This document shows positions 8,374 through 19,468 of a DNA stretch of 35,943 nucleotides, piece after piece; within the stretch, counting starts at the first letter, position 1, and each line of letters starts with the position of its first letter. The position numbers and the translations under genes are program-made. The stretch comes from Pseudobdellovibrionaceae bacterium (GTDB taxonomy: Bacteria > Bdellovibrionota > Bdellovibrionia > Bdellovibrionales > Bdellovibrionaceae), in contig JBGGMM010000077.1 of the NCBI GenBank assembly GCA_041288045.1, forward strand, positions 1-35,943, read 5' to 3'. The notes under the pieces were generated by a model. That model was not told the DNA's origin and did not search any database. It saw only the letters and a list, made by a program, of their open reading frames with translations.

Positions 8374-10467
8374 ATGTATTTAAACTATGAGACCAATGTC
8401 CAGTACCTCAAAGGAGTCGGCCCGAAACTCGGGGAACTTCTTTCCAAACGAGGGATTCGAAGCATCCAAAATCTGCTCGAATACTACCCAAGAGCTTTTG
8501 AGGATCGAAGAGCGGCTCGCAATATCGCCAGCCTCAGACTGAATGATGTGGTGAGCCTCAGGGCTTTTGTGCAAAAAGTGAATGCGATTCCCATGGGGCA
8601 ATCGCACAGAAAAATCTATGACATTGTGCTCAAGGATTCGTCAGGGCAAATCCACTGCAAGTATTTTCGTGTCCCTTACAAGGGCTATTTTGAAAGATTC
8701 CCCTTCGGAACCGAAGTTCGAATCACCGGCAAAGTGATCGATTACCGAGGGCGACTTGAATTTCATCATCCCGAAATTCGCGAATACAACGAAGAAGAAG
8801 AAATCCAAGATGTGCTGGTGCCCATTTATACGGAGATTGAAAATCTCAATTCGGCCAAAATCCTCAAGCTCATTCGCCTGGCCTTAAAGGAATTGCCAGA
8901 AGAGTCTTGGGGAGAAGAAAAATTTCCAGCTGGTCTTCGCGATCGCTACCGTCTGGTGACGCGCAAAGAAGCCCTGTTTGAAATTCATTCGCCACCTCCG
9001 GAAAAATCCCAAGAATTTGCTGAAATGAAATCCAGTGCTCATCGCAGAATTATTTTTGAAGAGTTCTTCTGGCTGGAGCTTTACCTGGCGGCAAAAAAAA
9101 GTGGATTGCAGAGAGAAAAAGGAATTGCGCTTCCAGAAGACTCAAAACTTCCCGAAAAGCTTCTCAAAAGTCTTCCCTTTGAAATGACGGGAGCTCAAAA
9201 AAGAGCCTATGAGCAGATTCGAATCGATTTACAAAAGCCTCATCCCATGCACCGCTTGGTCCAAGGCGATGTCGGAAGTGGAAAGACATTGGTGGCTTTT
9301 CTGGCTGCCGCTTTTACAGCGGATCACAGCTATCAATCCTGTCTGATGGTGCCGACAGAAATTCTGGCCGAGCAGCATTTTAAAAACGCCCAGAAATTTT
9401 TAGAGCCCATCGGCCTTCACTGCGCTCTGCTCACCGGAAAAACCAAAACCTCTGAGCGCAATCGGATTCTGGAAGAGCTTTCGCAGGGAAAAATCCAACT
9501 TCTGATCGGAACTCATGCTTTGATTGAAGAATGGGTGCAGTTTCAAAATTTAGCCCTGGTGATCGTCGATGAACAGCACCGCTTCGGAGTGGAACAAAGA
9601 GGAAAGCTGAAAAACAAAGGGCTTTCGCCACACTTTCTGGTGATGACGGCGACTCCGATCCCCCGCACTTTGGCAATGACTGTGTACGGAGATCTGGAAG
9701 TTTCAATCATTGATGAAATGCCTCCGGGTCGAAGTCCCATCCAAACCCGATCGGTTTTTGAAAACAAAAGACCCGAGGCCCTGAAATTCATGCATGAGCA
9801 AATTCAAAAAGGCCGTCAAGCCTACGTGGTGTACCCTCTGGTCGAAGAGAGTGAGAAAATCGACCTTAAAAATGCAGTCGAAGAATTTGAAAAACTCAAA
9901 CATCAATTTCCGGATGTGCCGATGGGCCTTCTGCACGGCAAGATGAAGCCCAGTGAAAAAGAAGAAGTGATGACCCGCTTTCGCAACAATGAAATTCAAA
10001 TTCTGGTGAGCACCACAGTGATCGAAGTCGGAGTCGATGTTCCCAATGCCAATTTAATGATTATCGAACACGCCGAACGCTTTGGTCTTTCGCAATTGCA
10101 TCAGCTTCGAGGCCGGGTTGGGCGGGGTTCGCACAAAAGTTTTTGCATTCTTTTGATGGGACATGCGGTGTCTGAAGAGGCCCGGGCGCGAACGGCGATG
10201 ATGGAGCAAACCACCGACGGATTTAAAATTGCCGAATTCGATTTAGAAATGCGCGGACCCGGAGAGTTTCTAGGAACGCGTCAGTCCGGCCTTCCTGGAT
10301 TTCAAATGGCCAATCTGGTTCGTGACGTTCAAATTTTGCAAGAAGCTCGAGAGGCGGCTTTTGAAATCCTGCAGCAAGATCCTCTGTTAAAACGGAAAGA
10401 AAATCAGGCCCTTCGAGAAGAACTTCTCAGGGCCCACGGACCCACGGCGCTAGCCGGCATCGCCTGA
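8374..10467 (+). CDS. recG: ATP-dependent DNA helicase RecG
   Basis: LKGVGPK N-terminus, QGDVGSGKT, DEQHRFGV, MTATPIPRTL and QLRGRVGRG motifs. Confidence 0.97.
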   Translation: MYLNYETNVQYLKGVGPKLGELLSKRGIRSIQNLLEYYPRAFEDRRAARNIASLRLNDVVSLRAFVQKVNAIPMGQSHRKIYDIVLKDSSGQIHCKYFRVPYKGYFERFPFGTEVRITGKVIDYRGRLEFHHPEIREYNEEEEIQDVLVPIYTEIENLNSAKILKLIRLALKELPEESWGEEKFPAGLRDRYRLVTRKEALFEIHSPPPEKSQEFAEMKSSAHRRIIFEEFFWLELYLAAKKSGLQREKGIALPEDSKLPEKLLKSLPFEMTGAQKRAYEQIRIDLQKPHPMHRLVQGDVGSGKTLVAFLAAAFTADHSYQSCLMVPTEILAEQHFKNAQKFLEPIGLHCALLTGKTKTSERNRILEELSQGKIQLLIGTHALIEEWVQFQNLALVIVDEQHRFGVEQRGKLKNKGLSPHFLVMTATPIPRTLAMTVYGDLEVSIIDEMPPGRSPIQTRSVFENKRPEALKFMHEQIQKGRQAYVVYPLVEESEKIDLKNAVEEFEKLKHQFPDVPMGLLHGKMKPSEKEEVMTRFRNNEIQILVSTTVIEVGVDVPNANLMIIEHAERFGLSQLHQLRGRVGRGSHKSFCILLMGHAVSEEARARTAMMEQTTDGFKIAEFDLEMRGPGEFLGTRQSGLPGFQMANLVRDVQILQEAREAAFEILQQDPLLKRKENQALREELLRAHGPTALAGIA

Positions 10468-10492
10468 CGCAGATCTGCCATCAGGTTTTTTT
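10462..10492 (+). terminator. Probable intrinsic terminator of recG
   Basis: GCCTGA...TCAGGT stem with inner GCAGA/TCTGC, followed by a T run. Confidence 0.5.
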
Positions 10493-10561
10493 AAAATTTT
10501 CTTTATAGATGAAATTTTTGATGCTCTGATCTCTCAAATGATTTTTATGGGGGGGAAGAGA

Positions 10562-12673
10562 ATGACCAAAATTTTTGGGGCTATTGTCTTATTAGTGACA
10601 TCACTAGCCGAAGCAGGGACTGTGCTTCGATTCCAAAACGGAAGTATTCAAGCAAAGACCAATGTGCAAGCCACACAGCTCTTTGGCAATTTCTCAGATG
10701 ACTATGTCCTGCAATTTCGCCAGGCCATCACTGAGAAAGATAAAAATGAGCTCAGGTCCCAGGGCATTCAGATTTTTAGATACATTCCAGATGATGCCTT
10801 GATTGTCCGAGCGACAGCTCATCAACTGCAGGCCTACTCGCAAACTGGTAAAATCAATGCATTCATCCCCTTTAAAGGGAGCATGAAGCTTTCTTCTTCG
10901 TTGCCGACTTTGAGTGTTTTTTCCAAAGGGAAAACAGCTCCTGTGGCGATTATGACCTTCACAGCCGACGATGCCAAATCCGTCTTGGATTTTTTGAAAG
11001 TGCAGGACTCTGAGCTGCAGGTCTTGAATCTGACAGGATCAGTTCTCTCAGTGAAAATGTCGCAAATCCTGATCCCCTCGCTGGCGGATCTGCGTGGAGT
11101 CGAATTTGTCCAACAGCTCGAGCAAATGCAGCCTTTGCATTTTGAAATTCAAACGGATGACGAGAACGCAGAAACAGAAGAGACTCGTCCAGCCGGTGAT
11201 TACACAGATATCAATGGCTATGAAACTGGAACTAAAGTCATGAATTTTGAAGCCATTTGGGCTCAAGGTTTCATAGGCAAAGATCAAATCGTCGGAATGG
11301 CGGATACGGGTCTTGATACAGGTGATTTGAGTTCAATTTCACCTGATTTCAAAGGTGCAGTTACGAAGGGCTATTCTTTCGGAGTGGGCGCCAAATCTTG
11401 GGAAGATCCCATGGGCCACGGAACTCATGTGGCCGGTTCGGTGTTGAGCCGGGGTGTGACTTCGCAAGGAAAAATCAAAGGCGGCGCGACGGGTGCTCAG
11501 TTGGTTCCTCAAGGCATGTGGTCTCCGCTGATTGACAACCTCACAGTTCCACCCAAATTGTCTCAACTGTTTGATGCGGCTTACAACGATGGAGCGCGCA
11601 TTCACACCAACTCTTGGGGAGCGGCTCGCAACTTTGGCGCTTACGATGCCATGGCCCAGCAAGTGGATCAGTTCATGTGGGATCATCCGGATTTCTTGAT
11701 TCTTTTTGCTGCTGGAAATTCAGGAGTTGATGCCAATAAAGATGGCCGGATCGATGCCGATTCCATCGGTTCACCGGGAACAGCTAAAAACACTCTGACA
11801 GTGGGTGCTTCTGAAAATCTTCTCGCGGTTGGCGGGATTCAGAAAAAAGTCAGCGAGCTCAAATCAGCAGCCGAAGTCTGGCCAGCAGAGCCGATTTGGA
11901 GCAGCAAAATTTCTGACAATGTCGATGGCATTGCCATGTTCAGCTCGAGGGGGCCAACCACGGATGGTCGACTGAAGCCTGAAATCGTTGCCCCTGGAAC
12001 CAATATTCTCTCCAACCGAGCGCACACTTCGACAGCTGAGGTTCTTTGGGGAGAGTACAATGCCGATTACGTCTATTCAGGTGGAACTTCCATGGCGACA
12101 CCATTAGTGGCTGGTGCAGCTGCCGTCGTTCGCGAAGTGCTGATCAAAAAATTTAAAATTGCAAATCCTTCAGCGGCTTTGGTGAAGGCGACTTTGCTTC
12201 ACACGGCGAAAGACATGTATCCCGGTCAGTACGGAGCAGGTCCGACTCAAGAACTGAAAACTCGTCGGCCAAACAGTGATGAGGGCTATGGTCGAACAGA
12301 TATGGCTGCTGTCGCTGGATTGACGGCCGGAACTCAGTTTGTCGAAGGCCAAGTGGGTCAGGGCGAAGAAGCTCAATTCAAAGTGGAAGTCAAAAGCGGT
12401 CGGCTGTTGGCCAATCTGGTTTACACAGATGCTCCTGGAAGCCCCACAGCTCAAGCAGCTTTGGTGAATGATCTGGATTTGGTTGTTGCCAAGTCTGGAG
12501 CCAATCAGCCTGCGGTTGAGATTCATGTGGCTTCTGATAGCGTGAATAATCATGAGATTGCTGAGCTTGCCGATTTGGCCCCAGGATCCTACCTCGTCAC
12601 TGTGCGTGGTCAGAGGGTGCCAATGGGTAAAAATGGCAAACAACCCTTTGCGTTGGTTTTAACGGCTCCTTAA
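10562..12673 (+). CDS. Secreted S8 (subtilisin, KP-43-like) serine protease
   Basis: Signal peptide and prodomain; catalytic triad ADTGLD / HGTHVAGS / GTSMATP; oxyanion AAGNSG; C-terminal beta domain with LVNDLDL. Confidence 0.92.
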   Translation: MTKIFGAIVLLVTSLAEAGTVLRFQNGSIQAKTNVQATQLFGNFSDDYVLQFRQAITEKDKNELRSQGIQIFRYIPDDALIVRATAHQLQAYSQTGKINAFIPFKGSMKLSSSLPTLSVFSKGKTAPVAIMTFTADDAKSVLDFLKVQDSELQVLNLTGSVLSVKMSQILIPSLADLRGVEFVQQLEQMQPLHFEIQTDDENAETEETRPAGDYTDINGYETGTKVMNFEAIWAQGFIGKDQIVGMADTGLDTGDLSSISPDFKGAVTKGYSFGVGAKSWEDPMGHGTHVAGSVLSRGVTSQGKIKGGATGAQLVPQGMWSPLIDNLTVPPKLSQLFDAAYNDGARIHTNSWGAARNFGAYDAMAQQVDQFMWDHPDFLILFAAGNSGVDANKDGRIDADSIGSPGTAKNTLTVGASENLLAVGGIQKKVSELKSAAEVWPAEPIWSSKISDNVDGIAMFSSRGPTTDGRLKPEIVAPGTNILSNRAHTSTAEVLWGEYNADYVYSGGTSMATPLVAGAAAVVREVLIKKFKIANPSAALVKATLLHTAKDMYPGQYGAGPTQELKTRRPNSDEGYGRTDMAAVAGLTAGTQFVEGQVGQGEEAQFKVEVKSGRLLANLVYTDAPGSPTAQAALVNDLDLVVAKSGANQPAVEIHVASDSVNNHEIAELADLAPGSYLVTVRGQRVPMGKNGKQPFALVLTAP

Positions 12674-12702
12674 GCCATATATAAGCTATTGAAGTTCTTA
12701 CG

Positions 12703-12740
12703 AAAAAGAGGGCCTTTTTGGGGGCTCTCTTTTTGTTTTT
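12703..12740 (+). terminator. Intrinsic terminator (possibly bidirectional)
   Basis: AAAAAGAGGGCC...GGCTCTCTTTTT hairpin. Confidence 0.65.
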
Positions 12741-12770
12741 GAAATCTTTCCCTCATTCACCACTCTGGGT

Positions 12771-12799
12771 TTGATAACTTGTGTCAAATGAGCTATAAA
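12771..12799 (+). promoter_or_regulatory. sigma70-like promoter for carD
   Basis: TTGATA-N17-TATAAA. Confidence 0.55.
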
Positions 12800-12886
12800 T
12801 CTTTCGGCTCGAAATCTTTCTGAAGCTCAAGTTGTTTGGGGTCGTTCCTATGTCAATTCAGAGAGATGAGTCGGAGGTCGGACTTA

Positions 12887-13402
12887 ATGGCTGAAATGCA
12901 AGCTCAAAAGCCGTTTGTGGGGTTTAACGTCGGAGATCACGCAGTTTATCCTGGTCATGGGGTGGGCCGTGTTGTCGCCGTTGAAACCAAAGAGATCATG
13001 GGCTCCAAACTGGAGTTCTATTCGGTTCAAATTCTGGAAACAGGTTTGAAAATCATGGTTCCAAAAACAAGCGTCAATCAGGTCGGTTTGCGTCCGATCA
13101 TTTCTGAAGAAGAAGCCAATCAGGTGATCGCCATTCTGAAAATCAAAGACGTCAAAATCGACAATCAAACCTGGAACCGCCGTTATCGCGAATACATGGA
13201 AAAAATCAAAACAGGTTCCGTCTATGAAATCGCCGAAGTCTTGCGTGATCTGTTCTTGCTCAAAGTCGACAAAGAACTCTCTTTCGGAGAGAGAAAAATG
13301 TTGGACACAGCTCGTGGCCTTCTGATGAAAGAGCTCACACTGGCGGTGAAGACGGACACTCTGACTTCTGAAGAGGAAGTTCGGCAGATTTTCGGGCTTT
13401 AA
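12887..13402 (+). CDS. carD: CarD/CdnL-family RNA polymerase-binding regulator
   Basis: VGD.AVYPGHGVG and TWNRRYRE (conserved Trp) motifs, LSFGERKML; GGAGG RBS. Confidence 0.93.
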   Translation: MAEMQAQKPFVGFNVGDHAVYPGHGVGRVVAVETKEIMGSKLEFYSVQILETGLKIMVPKTSVNQVGLRPIISEEEANQVIAILKIKDVKIDNQTWNRRYREYMEKIKTGSVYEIAEVLRDLFLLKVDKELSFGERKMLDTARGLLMKELTLAVKTDTLTSEEEVRQIFGL

Positions 13403-13444
13403 GAGATAGCTCGGATTCAAATCTAAAATTAAATTTCAACGATG

Positions 13445-13479
13445 AAGCCTGAATCAGAATTCAGGCTTTGTTTTTTTTT
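13445..13479 (+). terminator. Intrinsic terminator of carD
   Basis: AAGCCTGAAT-caga-ATTCAGGCTT followed by a long T tract. Confidence 0.85.
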
Positions 13480-13500
13480 AAATCCGAAAAAAATAATGGC

Positions 13501-13658
13501 CCTGCGCGAACGGAGCACTCATCCATGATGTTGGCCGTCGGCACGCTATACCAAGGGTCCACATCGTGGATGGGGGGCTCGAGCACAGCGGTGCCGAGGG
13601 TAAACGCAGGTGTGTCCGTCCATACGAAGGCTCCCAGACGACCATCGTGGTCGTCTGG
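13501..13658. repeat. Structured intergenic repeat, copy 1 (REP-like element or ncRNA candidate)
   Basis: Several nested stems. Shares GTGCCGAGGGTAAACG and flanks with 23145-23237. Confidence 0.75.
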
Positions 13659-13798
13659 CAAATTGTTTGGGACTAAGACAACATTTTCCGTTCAAGGTTC
13701 TTGAGGGATGTGCCAGCCTGCGTAACAGCCATTAGCTATCCTCATTTTCTGGAATTTTCGCTACATTGGACTGTTTCCAAAACTGTGTTGGAGGATTC

Positions 13799-15268
13799 AT
13801 GTCGTTTCAGAATATACGCGTTCGTTTTGCTCCTAGTCCGACCGGTTACTTGCATGTGGGCGGAGCTCGATCGGCTTTTTATAATTATCTCTTCGCCAAA
13901 AAACATGGCGGCAAATTTATTTTGCGAATTGAAGATACGGACCAGGCGCGAAGCACAGAGGAATCACTGAAAATGGTGATTGAGGATTTGCAGTGGCTGG
14001 GTTTGAAGTGGGATGAGGGGCCGGATCCAAAGACTTTAAAGGACATGGGACCGCATGGGCCTTACAAGCAAAGCGAAAGGCTTTCGATTTACAAGAAAGT
14101 CGCTGATGAGCTTTTGGCTTCTGGCAAAGCTTATTACTGCTTTATGACTGATGCTGAAATTGAAGCGCAGAAAGAAAAAAATAAAAATACAGGACATCAG
14201 CACATTGAAAGTCCTTATGAGTCTTGGTCGTTGGAAAAATCTTTAGAGAGATTGAAGGGTGGCGATAAGGCCGTGGTTCGATTCCGAACTCGCCATTTGA
14301 AAAAAGACTATGTGGTCAATGATCTCATTCGTGGCGAAGTGAAGTTTCCATCAGATATGGTGGGGGATTTTGTGCTTCTGAGATCCGATGGCATGCCGGT
14401 TTATAACTTTTGCTGTGTGGTGGATGATCATTTCATGCAGATTTCGCATGTGCTTCGAGCCGAGGAGCATCTGCCAAACACTCTTCGTCAGATGATGATC
14501 TATGAAGGCATGAACTGGACGACTCCAGAATTTGGCCATTTGTCTTTGGTGTTGGATGAAGATCGTCAGAAGCTTTCGAAACGAAAAGGGGCTACCAGCT
14601 GCCATGAATTTCAAATGGAAGGCTATTTGCCAGGGGCGCTTTTGAATTTCATTGCGCTGCTCGGGTGGTCGCATCCAGAAGAAAAAGAAATTCTCTCGGT
14701 GGATGAGATGATTTCGGCTTTTGATTTGAACCGGGTCAATCCCGCTGGAGCCATTTTTGATGCTGTGAAATTGAAATGGATGAATGCTCAGCACTTGCGA
14801 GCGCATTCGAATTCTGAGATTTGGTCATTGATTGAGCCTTTCTTGGCGAAAGCTGGATACGATTTGCCAAAAGATCAAAAATGGCGTGAGGCCAGTGTGT
14901 CGGCTTTTAAGGCTTCGATGGAAACATTGGCTGATTGTGTGGAGCTCTACAAACCACTATCGGATTCTCAGTATCAAGTTCTACCAGAGGCCGATGAAGT
15001 CTTTACTTGGGAGCCGACAAAAGCCGTTCTTTCTGCATGGAAAGACCTGGTGGCGGCCGAGCCTCAGGATTATATGAGCGAAGAGAGATTTCTCAAGCTT
15101 CAGGATCTGGTGAAAGAAAAAACGGGGGCGAAAGGGAAATTTTTATTTCAATCCATCCGAGTGGCAGTGATTGGAAAACCCCATGGTCCCGAGCTGAAGG
15201 GACTTGTGCCTTTGATTTCGAAAGCCTCTCTGATCCGACGAGCAGAGATGTGCCTGACACACAAATAG
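13799..15268 (+). CDS. gltX: Glutamate--tRNA ligase
   Basis: RFAPSPTGYLHVGG, LRIEDTD and KLSKR motifs; GGAGG RBS before ATG 13799. Confidence 0.96.
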   Translation: MSFQNIRVRFAPSPTGYLHVGGARSAFYNYLFAKKHGGKFILRIEDTDQARSTEESLKMVIEDLQWLGLKWDEGPDPKTLKDMGPHGPYKQSERLSIYKKVADELLASGKAYYCFMTDAEIEAQKEKNKNTGHQHIESPYESWSLEKSLERLKGGDKAVVRFRTRHLKKDYVVNDLIRGEVKFPSDMVGDFVLLRSDGMPVYNFCCVVDDHFMQISHVLRAEEHLPNTLRQMMIYEGMNWTTPEFGHLSLVLDEDRQKLSKRKGATSCHEFQMEGYLPGALLNFIALLGWSHPEEKEILSVDEMISAFDLNRVNPAGAIFDAVKLKWMNAQHLRAHSNSEIWSLIEPFLAKAGYDLPKDQKWREASVSAFKASMETLADCVELYKPLSDSQYQVLPEADEVFTWEPTKAVLSAWKDLVAAEPQDYMSEERFLKLQDLVKEKTGAKGKFLFQSIRVAVIGKPHGPELKGLVPLISKASLIRRAEMCLTHK

Positions 15269-15275
15269 GATTTTT

Positions 15276-16721
15276 ATGTTGGTTGTTTACAATACGGAAA
15301 CTCGCAAAAAAGAAAATTTTGAACCTTACGATTCCAAGCATGTGAAAATGTATTGCTGTGGACCAACGGTGTATGGACTTTTGCATGTGGGAAATTTTCG
15401 TGGAGCGATTTTTTATAATTTGGTTCGAAACTGGCTCGAGGAAAGTGGTTACAAAGTCACTTATGTTTACAACTACACCGATGTGGATGATAAGATCATC
15501 GATCGTGCCAATAAAGAGGGGAAATCCTCAGACGAAATCGCTGAAACCTACATCAAAGAATTTGAAGCTGATTTTGTCAGGCTCAAGCTTCGACCGCATG
15601 ACAAAAACCCTCGGGTGACTGAGCATATGCAGCCGATCATTGAAATGGTGACGGATCTGATTGAAAAGAAAAAAGCCTACGTCTCTTCGGGCGAAGTGCT
15701 TTATTCGATCAAATCCTTTGATGGCTATGGCAAGCTTTCCAATCGCAATCCGGATGATCTCAAGGCTGGCGTGCGAATTGAAATGGATCAGAAAAAGCAC
15801 GATCCTTTGGATTTTTCTCTGTGGAAAGCTTCAAAGCCCAATGAGCCTTCTTGGCCATCGCCTTGGGGGCCGGGTCGTCCTGGATGGCATATCGAGTGCT
15901 CGGCCATGGCGAAGTCCTTGCTCGGGGAACAGATTGATATTCATGGTGGCGGTATGGATTTGATTTTTCCTCATCATGAAAATGAAATCGCTCAAAGCGA
16001 AGGCTGCTCGGGCAAACACTATGTGAAATACTGGCTGCATAACAATATGATCAATTTCTCAGGCTCGAAAATGAGCAAATCTCTGGGAAATATCAAAACC
16101 GCCAGATCTTTCATGGATGAATACAATCCAGAGATTTTGAAATACATGATGCTCTCTGTGCACTACCGTTCCATCAGTGATTTTGGTGAGCATGGGATTG
16201 AGCAGGCCGTGCATGGGTTGGCTCGCATTTATTCGGCACTTGCGACCGCTGAGAGCTTGAAAGGTTCAGAAATTGCGCCTGAAGCTGGGTTTGAGAAAAT
16301 CACTTCTGAAGCTTGGGTCAAGATCACGGAGGCTTTGAATGATGATTTCAACACTCCAGAGGCTTTTGCTCGAGTTTTTGAAGTGATCAGAACCTTTAAT
16401 TCACAAGTCAAAAGAGGGATGAAGCTCTCCCCAGCGGTCAGTGGCAAGGCAGTGAGCTTGCAGAAATTTATTTTGAGATTTGGCAAACTTTTGTCTCTGT
16501 TTCTGGAGCCGGCGCAGGAATTTCTGGTCACTTTGGATGATATGCTGCTAAAAAAGAAAGGTTTGGACCGAGCTCAAATTGATCGGCTTGTGGCAGAGAG
16601 ATCGCAAGCCAGGGAATCGAAAGATTTTACTAAATCCGATGAGCTTCGAAACCAACTGGTGCAAATAGGCATTTCGGTGAGCGACACTCCAGCAGGAAGC
16701 GAGTGGGAAGTCGCCAAATAA
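15276..16721 (+). CDS. cysS: Cysteine--tRNA ligase
   Basis: [29 protein letters not shown] and KMSKS motifs. Confidence 0.97.
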   Translation: MLVVYNTETRKKENFEPYDSKHVKMYCCGPTVYGLLHVGNFRGAIFYNLVRNWLEESGYKVTYVYNYTDVDDKIIDRANKEGKSSDEIAETYIKEFEADFVRLKLRPHDKNPRVTEHMQPIIEMVTDLIEKKKAYVSSGEVLYSIKSFDGYGKLSNRNPDDLKAGVRIEMDQKKHDPLDFSLWKASKPNEPSWPSPWGPGRPGWHIECSAMAKSLLGEQIDIHGGGMDLIFPHHENEIAQSEGCSGKHYVKYWLHNNMINFSGSKMSKSLGNIKTARSFMDEYNPEILKYMMLSVHYRSISDFGEHGIEQAVHGLARIYSALATAESLKGSEIAPEAGFEKITSEAWVKITEALNDDFNTPEAFARVFEVIRTFNSQVKRGMKLSPAVSGKAVSLQKFILRFGKLLSLFLEPAQEFLVTLDDMLLKKKGLDRAQIDRLVAERSQARESKDFTKSDELRNQLVQIGISVSDTPAGSEWEVAK

Positions 16722-16734
16722 GCAGGTGCGCTTC

Positions 16735-18828
16735 ATGGCAGAAAAAAACAAAAAGCTCTTCAAGCTGGATTCTCCTTTTAAACCTTCGGGTGATCAACCC
16801 AAGGCCATCAAAGAGATTCAGGATAATTTCAAAGCTGGAATCAATCATCAAACTCTCTTGGGTGTGACTGGCTCTGGGAAGACCTTCACAATGGCTCACA
16901 CCATTGCCAATCTCAATGAGCCGGCCTTGGTGTTGGCACCCAATAAAACCTTGGCAGCTCAGCTCTACATGGAGTTCAAAGAACTTTTTCCGAACAATGC
17001 GGTTGAGTACTTTGTCTCTTATTACGACTATTACCAACCGGAAGCTTATGTTCCGACCACGGACACTTACATCGAAAAAGACTCAGCCATCAATGAGCAG
17101 ATCGATCGCATGCGCCACTCGGCGACCAGATCGCTGTTTGATCGAAAAGATGTGATTATCGTCAGCAGTGTCTCTTGCATTTACGGTCTTGGCAGTCCTG
17201 AAGCCTATTCGGGAATGATGATTCATTTGATTTCCAATACGGAAATGAAAAGAGATCAACTTTTGCGCGAGCTGATTCGCATTCAGTATCAGAGAAATAA
17301 TGTGGATTTTTCGCGAGGGACTGTCAGAGTGCGCGGCGATGTGGTTGAGATTTTTCCTCCCTACGAAGAGGACCGAGCTGTTCGGGTTGAGTTTTTTGGA
17401 GATTTTGTTGAAAAGCTTTCCTGGATTGATCCTTTGACTGGAAAGATTCTAGAGGACATGGATCAGATTGGCATTTACCCCGGATCTCACTACGCCACGG
17501 GAGATGACAATTTGAAGGGGGCGGTTTCGACCATTCGAGATGAGCTTCGTGAAAGACTTCAGACTTTTCAGAAGGAGCTGAAGTTTTTAGAAGCTCAGCG
17601 CTTGGAGCAAAGAACTTTGTATGACATCGAAATGATGGAGCAGATGGGTTTTTGCTCTGGTATTGAGAATTACTCCAGACATTTGACAGGCCGGGGGCCA
17701 GGTGAGCCGCCGCCGACTTTGCTTGAATACTTTCCGAAAAATTTTATCACTTTCATTGATGAATCCCATGTCACCGTTCCGCAGATTGGTGGAATGTACC
17801 GCGGCGACCGGGCCCGGAAAATGACGTTGGTGGAACACGGCTTTCGCTTGCCTTCGGCTTTGGACAATCGGCCTTTGAACTTTCAAGAGTTCGAGGGCTT
17901 TATGGATAAAGTGGTCTACGTGTCGGCCACTCCGGGTCCCTATGAGCTGAACAAAAGTGGTGGGATGATTGTTGAGCAGATCATTCGGCCGACGGGACTG
18001 ATTGATCCCGTGACGGAAGTTCGGCCGGTGAAACATCAGGTGGATGATCTTTTAAAGGAAATCCGGGAGCGAGTGAAAAAGAAAGAGCGCGTGCTTGTGA
18101 CCACTCTCACCAAGCGCAGTTCTGAGGATTTGACTGAGTACTACGAATCCCTGGGCGTTAAAGTGAAATACCTGCACAGTGATATCGACACTGTGGAGAG
18201 GATGGAGATTTTGCGGGATTTGCGCTTAGGAGTTTTTGATGTGCTGATTGGGATCAATCTTTTGCGAGAGGGCTTGGATATTCCTGAAGTGTCCTTGGTG
18301 GCGATCACCGACGCGGACAAAGAAGGCTTTTTAAGATCCGAGCGCTCCTTGATTCAGACAATTGGGCGTGCGGCGAGAAATATCAACGGGCATGTGATCT
18401 TGTACGGGGACACAGTGACTGAGAGCATGCGAAAAGCTCTGGGCGAAACCTCGAGACGGCGAGAGATCCAATCCGAGTACAACAAAAAAAATGGCATCAC
18501 TCCTGCGGGCATTAAAAAGAAAATCAACGAAGGCTTGGGCGATCTCTTTGATGGCAATCCGGCTTCAAGAATTGGGCAGGAGCCGAAGAAAGTGGTTTCC
18601 TTGTTTGAGAAATTTTCTGAAAATCACTCGGCGCTGGTGAAAGAAATTGAGACATTGAGAAAGAAAATGAAAAAAGCGGCTGAGAACTTGGATTTTGAGG
18701 AAGCAGCGAAGATTCGTGATGAAGTCAAACGTCTGCAGATTCTGGAACTCAACATCAAATCTGGCAGTGTTGAAAAAGAATCTGAAGAGGTGATGGACGG
18801 TAAAGTATTGCAGATGAAACCCAATTAA
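16735..18828 (+). CDS. uvrB: Excinuclease ABC subunit B
   Basis: [26 protein letters not shown] and DESH motifs; C-terminal UVR domain. Confidence 0.97.
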   Translation: MAEKNKKLFKLDSPFKPSGDQPKAIKEIQDNFKAGINHQTLLGVTGSGKTFTMAHTIANLNEPALVLAPNKTLAAQLYMEFKELFPNNAVEYFVSYYDYYQPEAYVPTTDTYIEKDSAINEQIDRMRHSATRSLFDRKDVIIVSSVSCIYGLGSPEAYSGMMIHLISNTEMKRDQLLRELIRIQYQRNNVDFSRGTVRVRGDVVEIFPPYEEDRAVRVEFFGDFVEKLSWIDPLTGKILEDMDQIGIYPGSHYATGDDNLKGAVSTIRDELRERLQTFQKELKFLEAQRLEQRTLYDIEMMEQMGFCSGIENYSRHLTGRGPGEPPPTLLEYFPKNFITFIDESHVTVPQIGGMYRGDRARKMTLVEHGFRLPSALDNRPLNFQEFEGFMDKVVYVSATPGPYELNKSGGMIVEQIIRPTGLIDPVTEVRPVKHQVDDLLKEIRERVKKKERVLVTTLTKRSSEDLTEYYESLGVKVKYLHSDIDTVERMEILRDLRLGVFDVLIGINLLREGLDIPEVSLVAITDADKEGFLRSERSLIQTIGRAARNINGHVILYGDTVTESMRKALGETSRRREIQSEYNKKNGITPAGIKKKINEGLGDLFDGNPASRIGQEPKKVVSLFEKFSENHSALVKEIETLRKKMKKAAENLDFEEAAKIRDEVKRLQILELNIKSGSVEKESEEVMDGKVLQMKPN

Positions 18829-18842
18829 AAAGGAGAACCCTC

Positions 18843-19364
18843 TTGAAAACCACAATTTCGATTTTTATCCTGATGACTTGCTTTCAGGCTTTTGCACAAA
18901 ATCCAGAGACACCTTCAGCCACCCCACCAGTTCCTGGCGATTCGAAATCTCATAAAGACTTCACTGGAAAAATGCCAGGGGCGACGAATGAGACTGTGAG
19001 TGAAGATGTCAAAGGAAGCATCAAAAAAGCTCGAGTATATTTTATTGAACCCAAAGATGGCGCCACTGTTTCAAAGACTTTCAAAGTGAAAATGGGAGTG
19101 GAGGGTTACAAGGTTCGCCCCGCAGGCGAAGCCCCGGACGAAGTGACAAGTGGTCATCATCATCTGGTTGTTGACGGGGAACCGCTGAAAGCTGGAATCC
19201 CACTTCCGAAAGATGAAAAGAATATTCATTATGGCAAAGGCGAAACCGAAGCGGACGTGACGCTGAAGCCCGGCAAGCACAAATTGACTTTGCAGTTTGC
19301 CGATGGCGCTCACAGATCCTTTGGGCCAAGCCTCAGCCAAACTATTTCAGTTCTAGTGAAATAA
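18843..19364 (+). CDS. Secreted DUF4399-domain protein
   Basis: Signal peptide; GHHHLVVD, HYGKGETE and LKPGKHKLTLQFADGAH motifs; AGGAG RBS before TTG. Confidence 0.8.
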   Translation: MKTTISIFILMTCFQAFAQNPETPSATPPVPGDSKSHKDFTGKMPGATNETVSEDVKGSIKKARVYFIEPKDGATVSKTFKVKMGVEGYKVRPAGEAPDEVTSGHHHLVVDGEPLKAGIPLPKDEKNIHYGKGETEADVTLKPGKHKLTLQFADGAHRSFGPSLSQTISVLVK

Positions 19365-19468
19365 GAAAACAAAGTTTTTGATTCAGTCTTTGGTCCTGAA
19401 GTTATCAAAAGAGAATCTAGTCTCGCCCTTCTTCATCTTTTCGTTAAAATGGGGCGAGGAGGTCTTCG

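Noticed and set aside
13461..13704. Short ORFs (66 and 78 aa) over the structured repeat
   Set aside because: No RBS or recognisable motifs; better explained as by-products of a GC-rich repeat.
13480..13798. T-box riboswitch upstream of gltX-cysS
   Set aside because: No T-box consensus (GGTGGNACCGCG) or terminator before gltX, and the element recurs at an unrelated locus.
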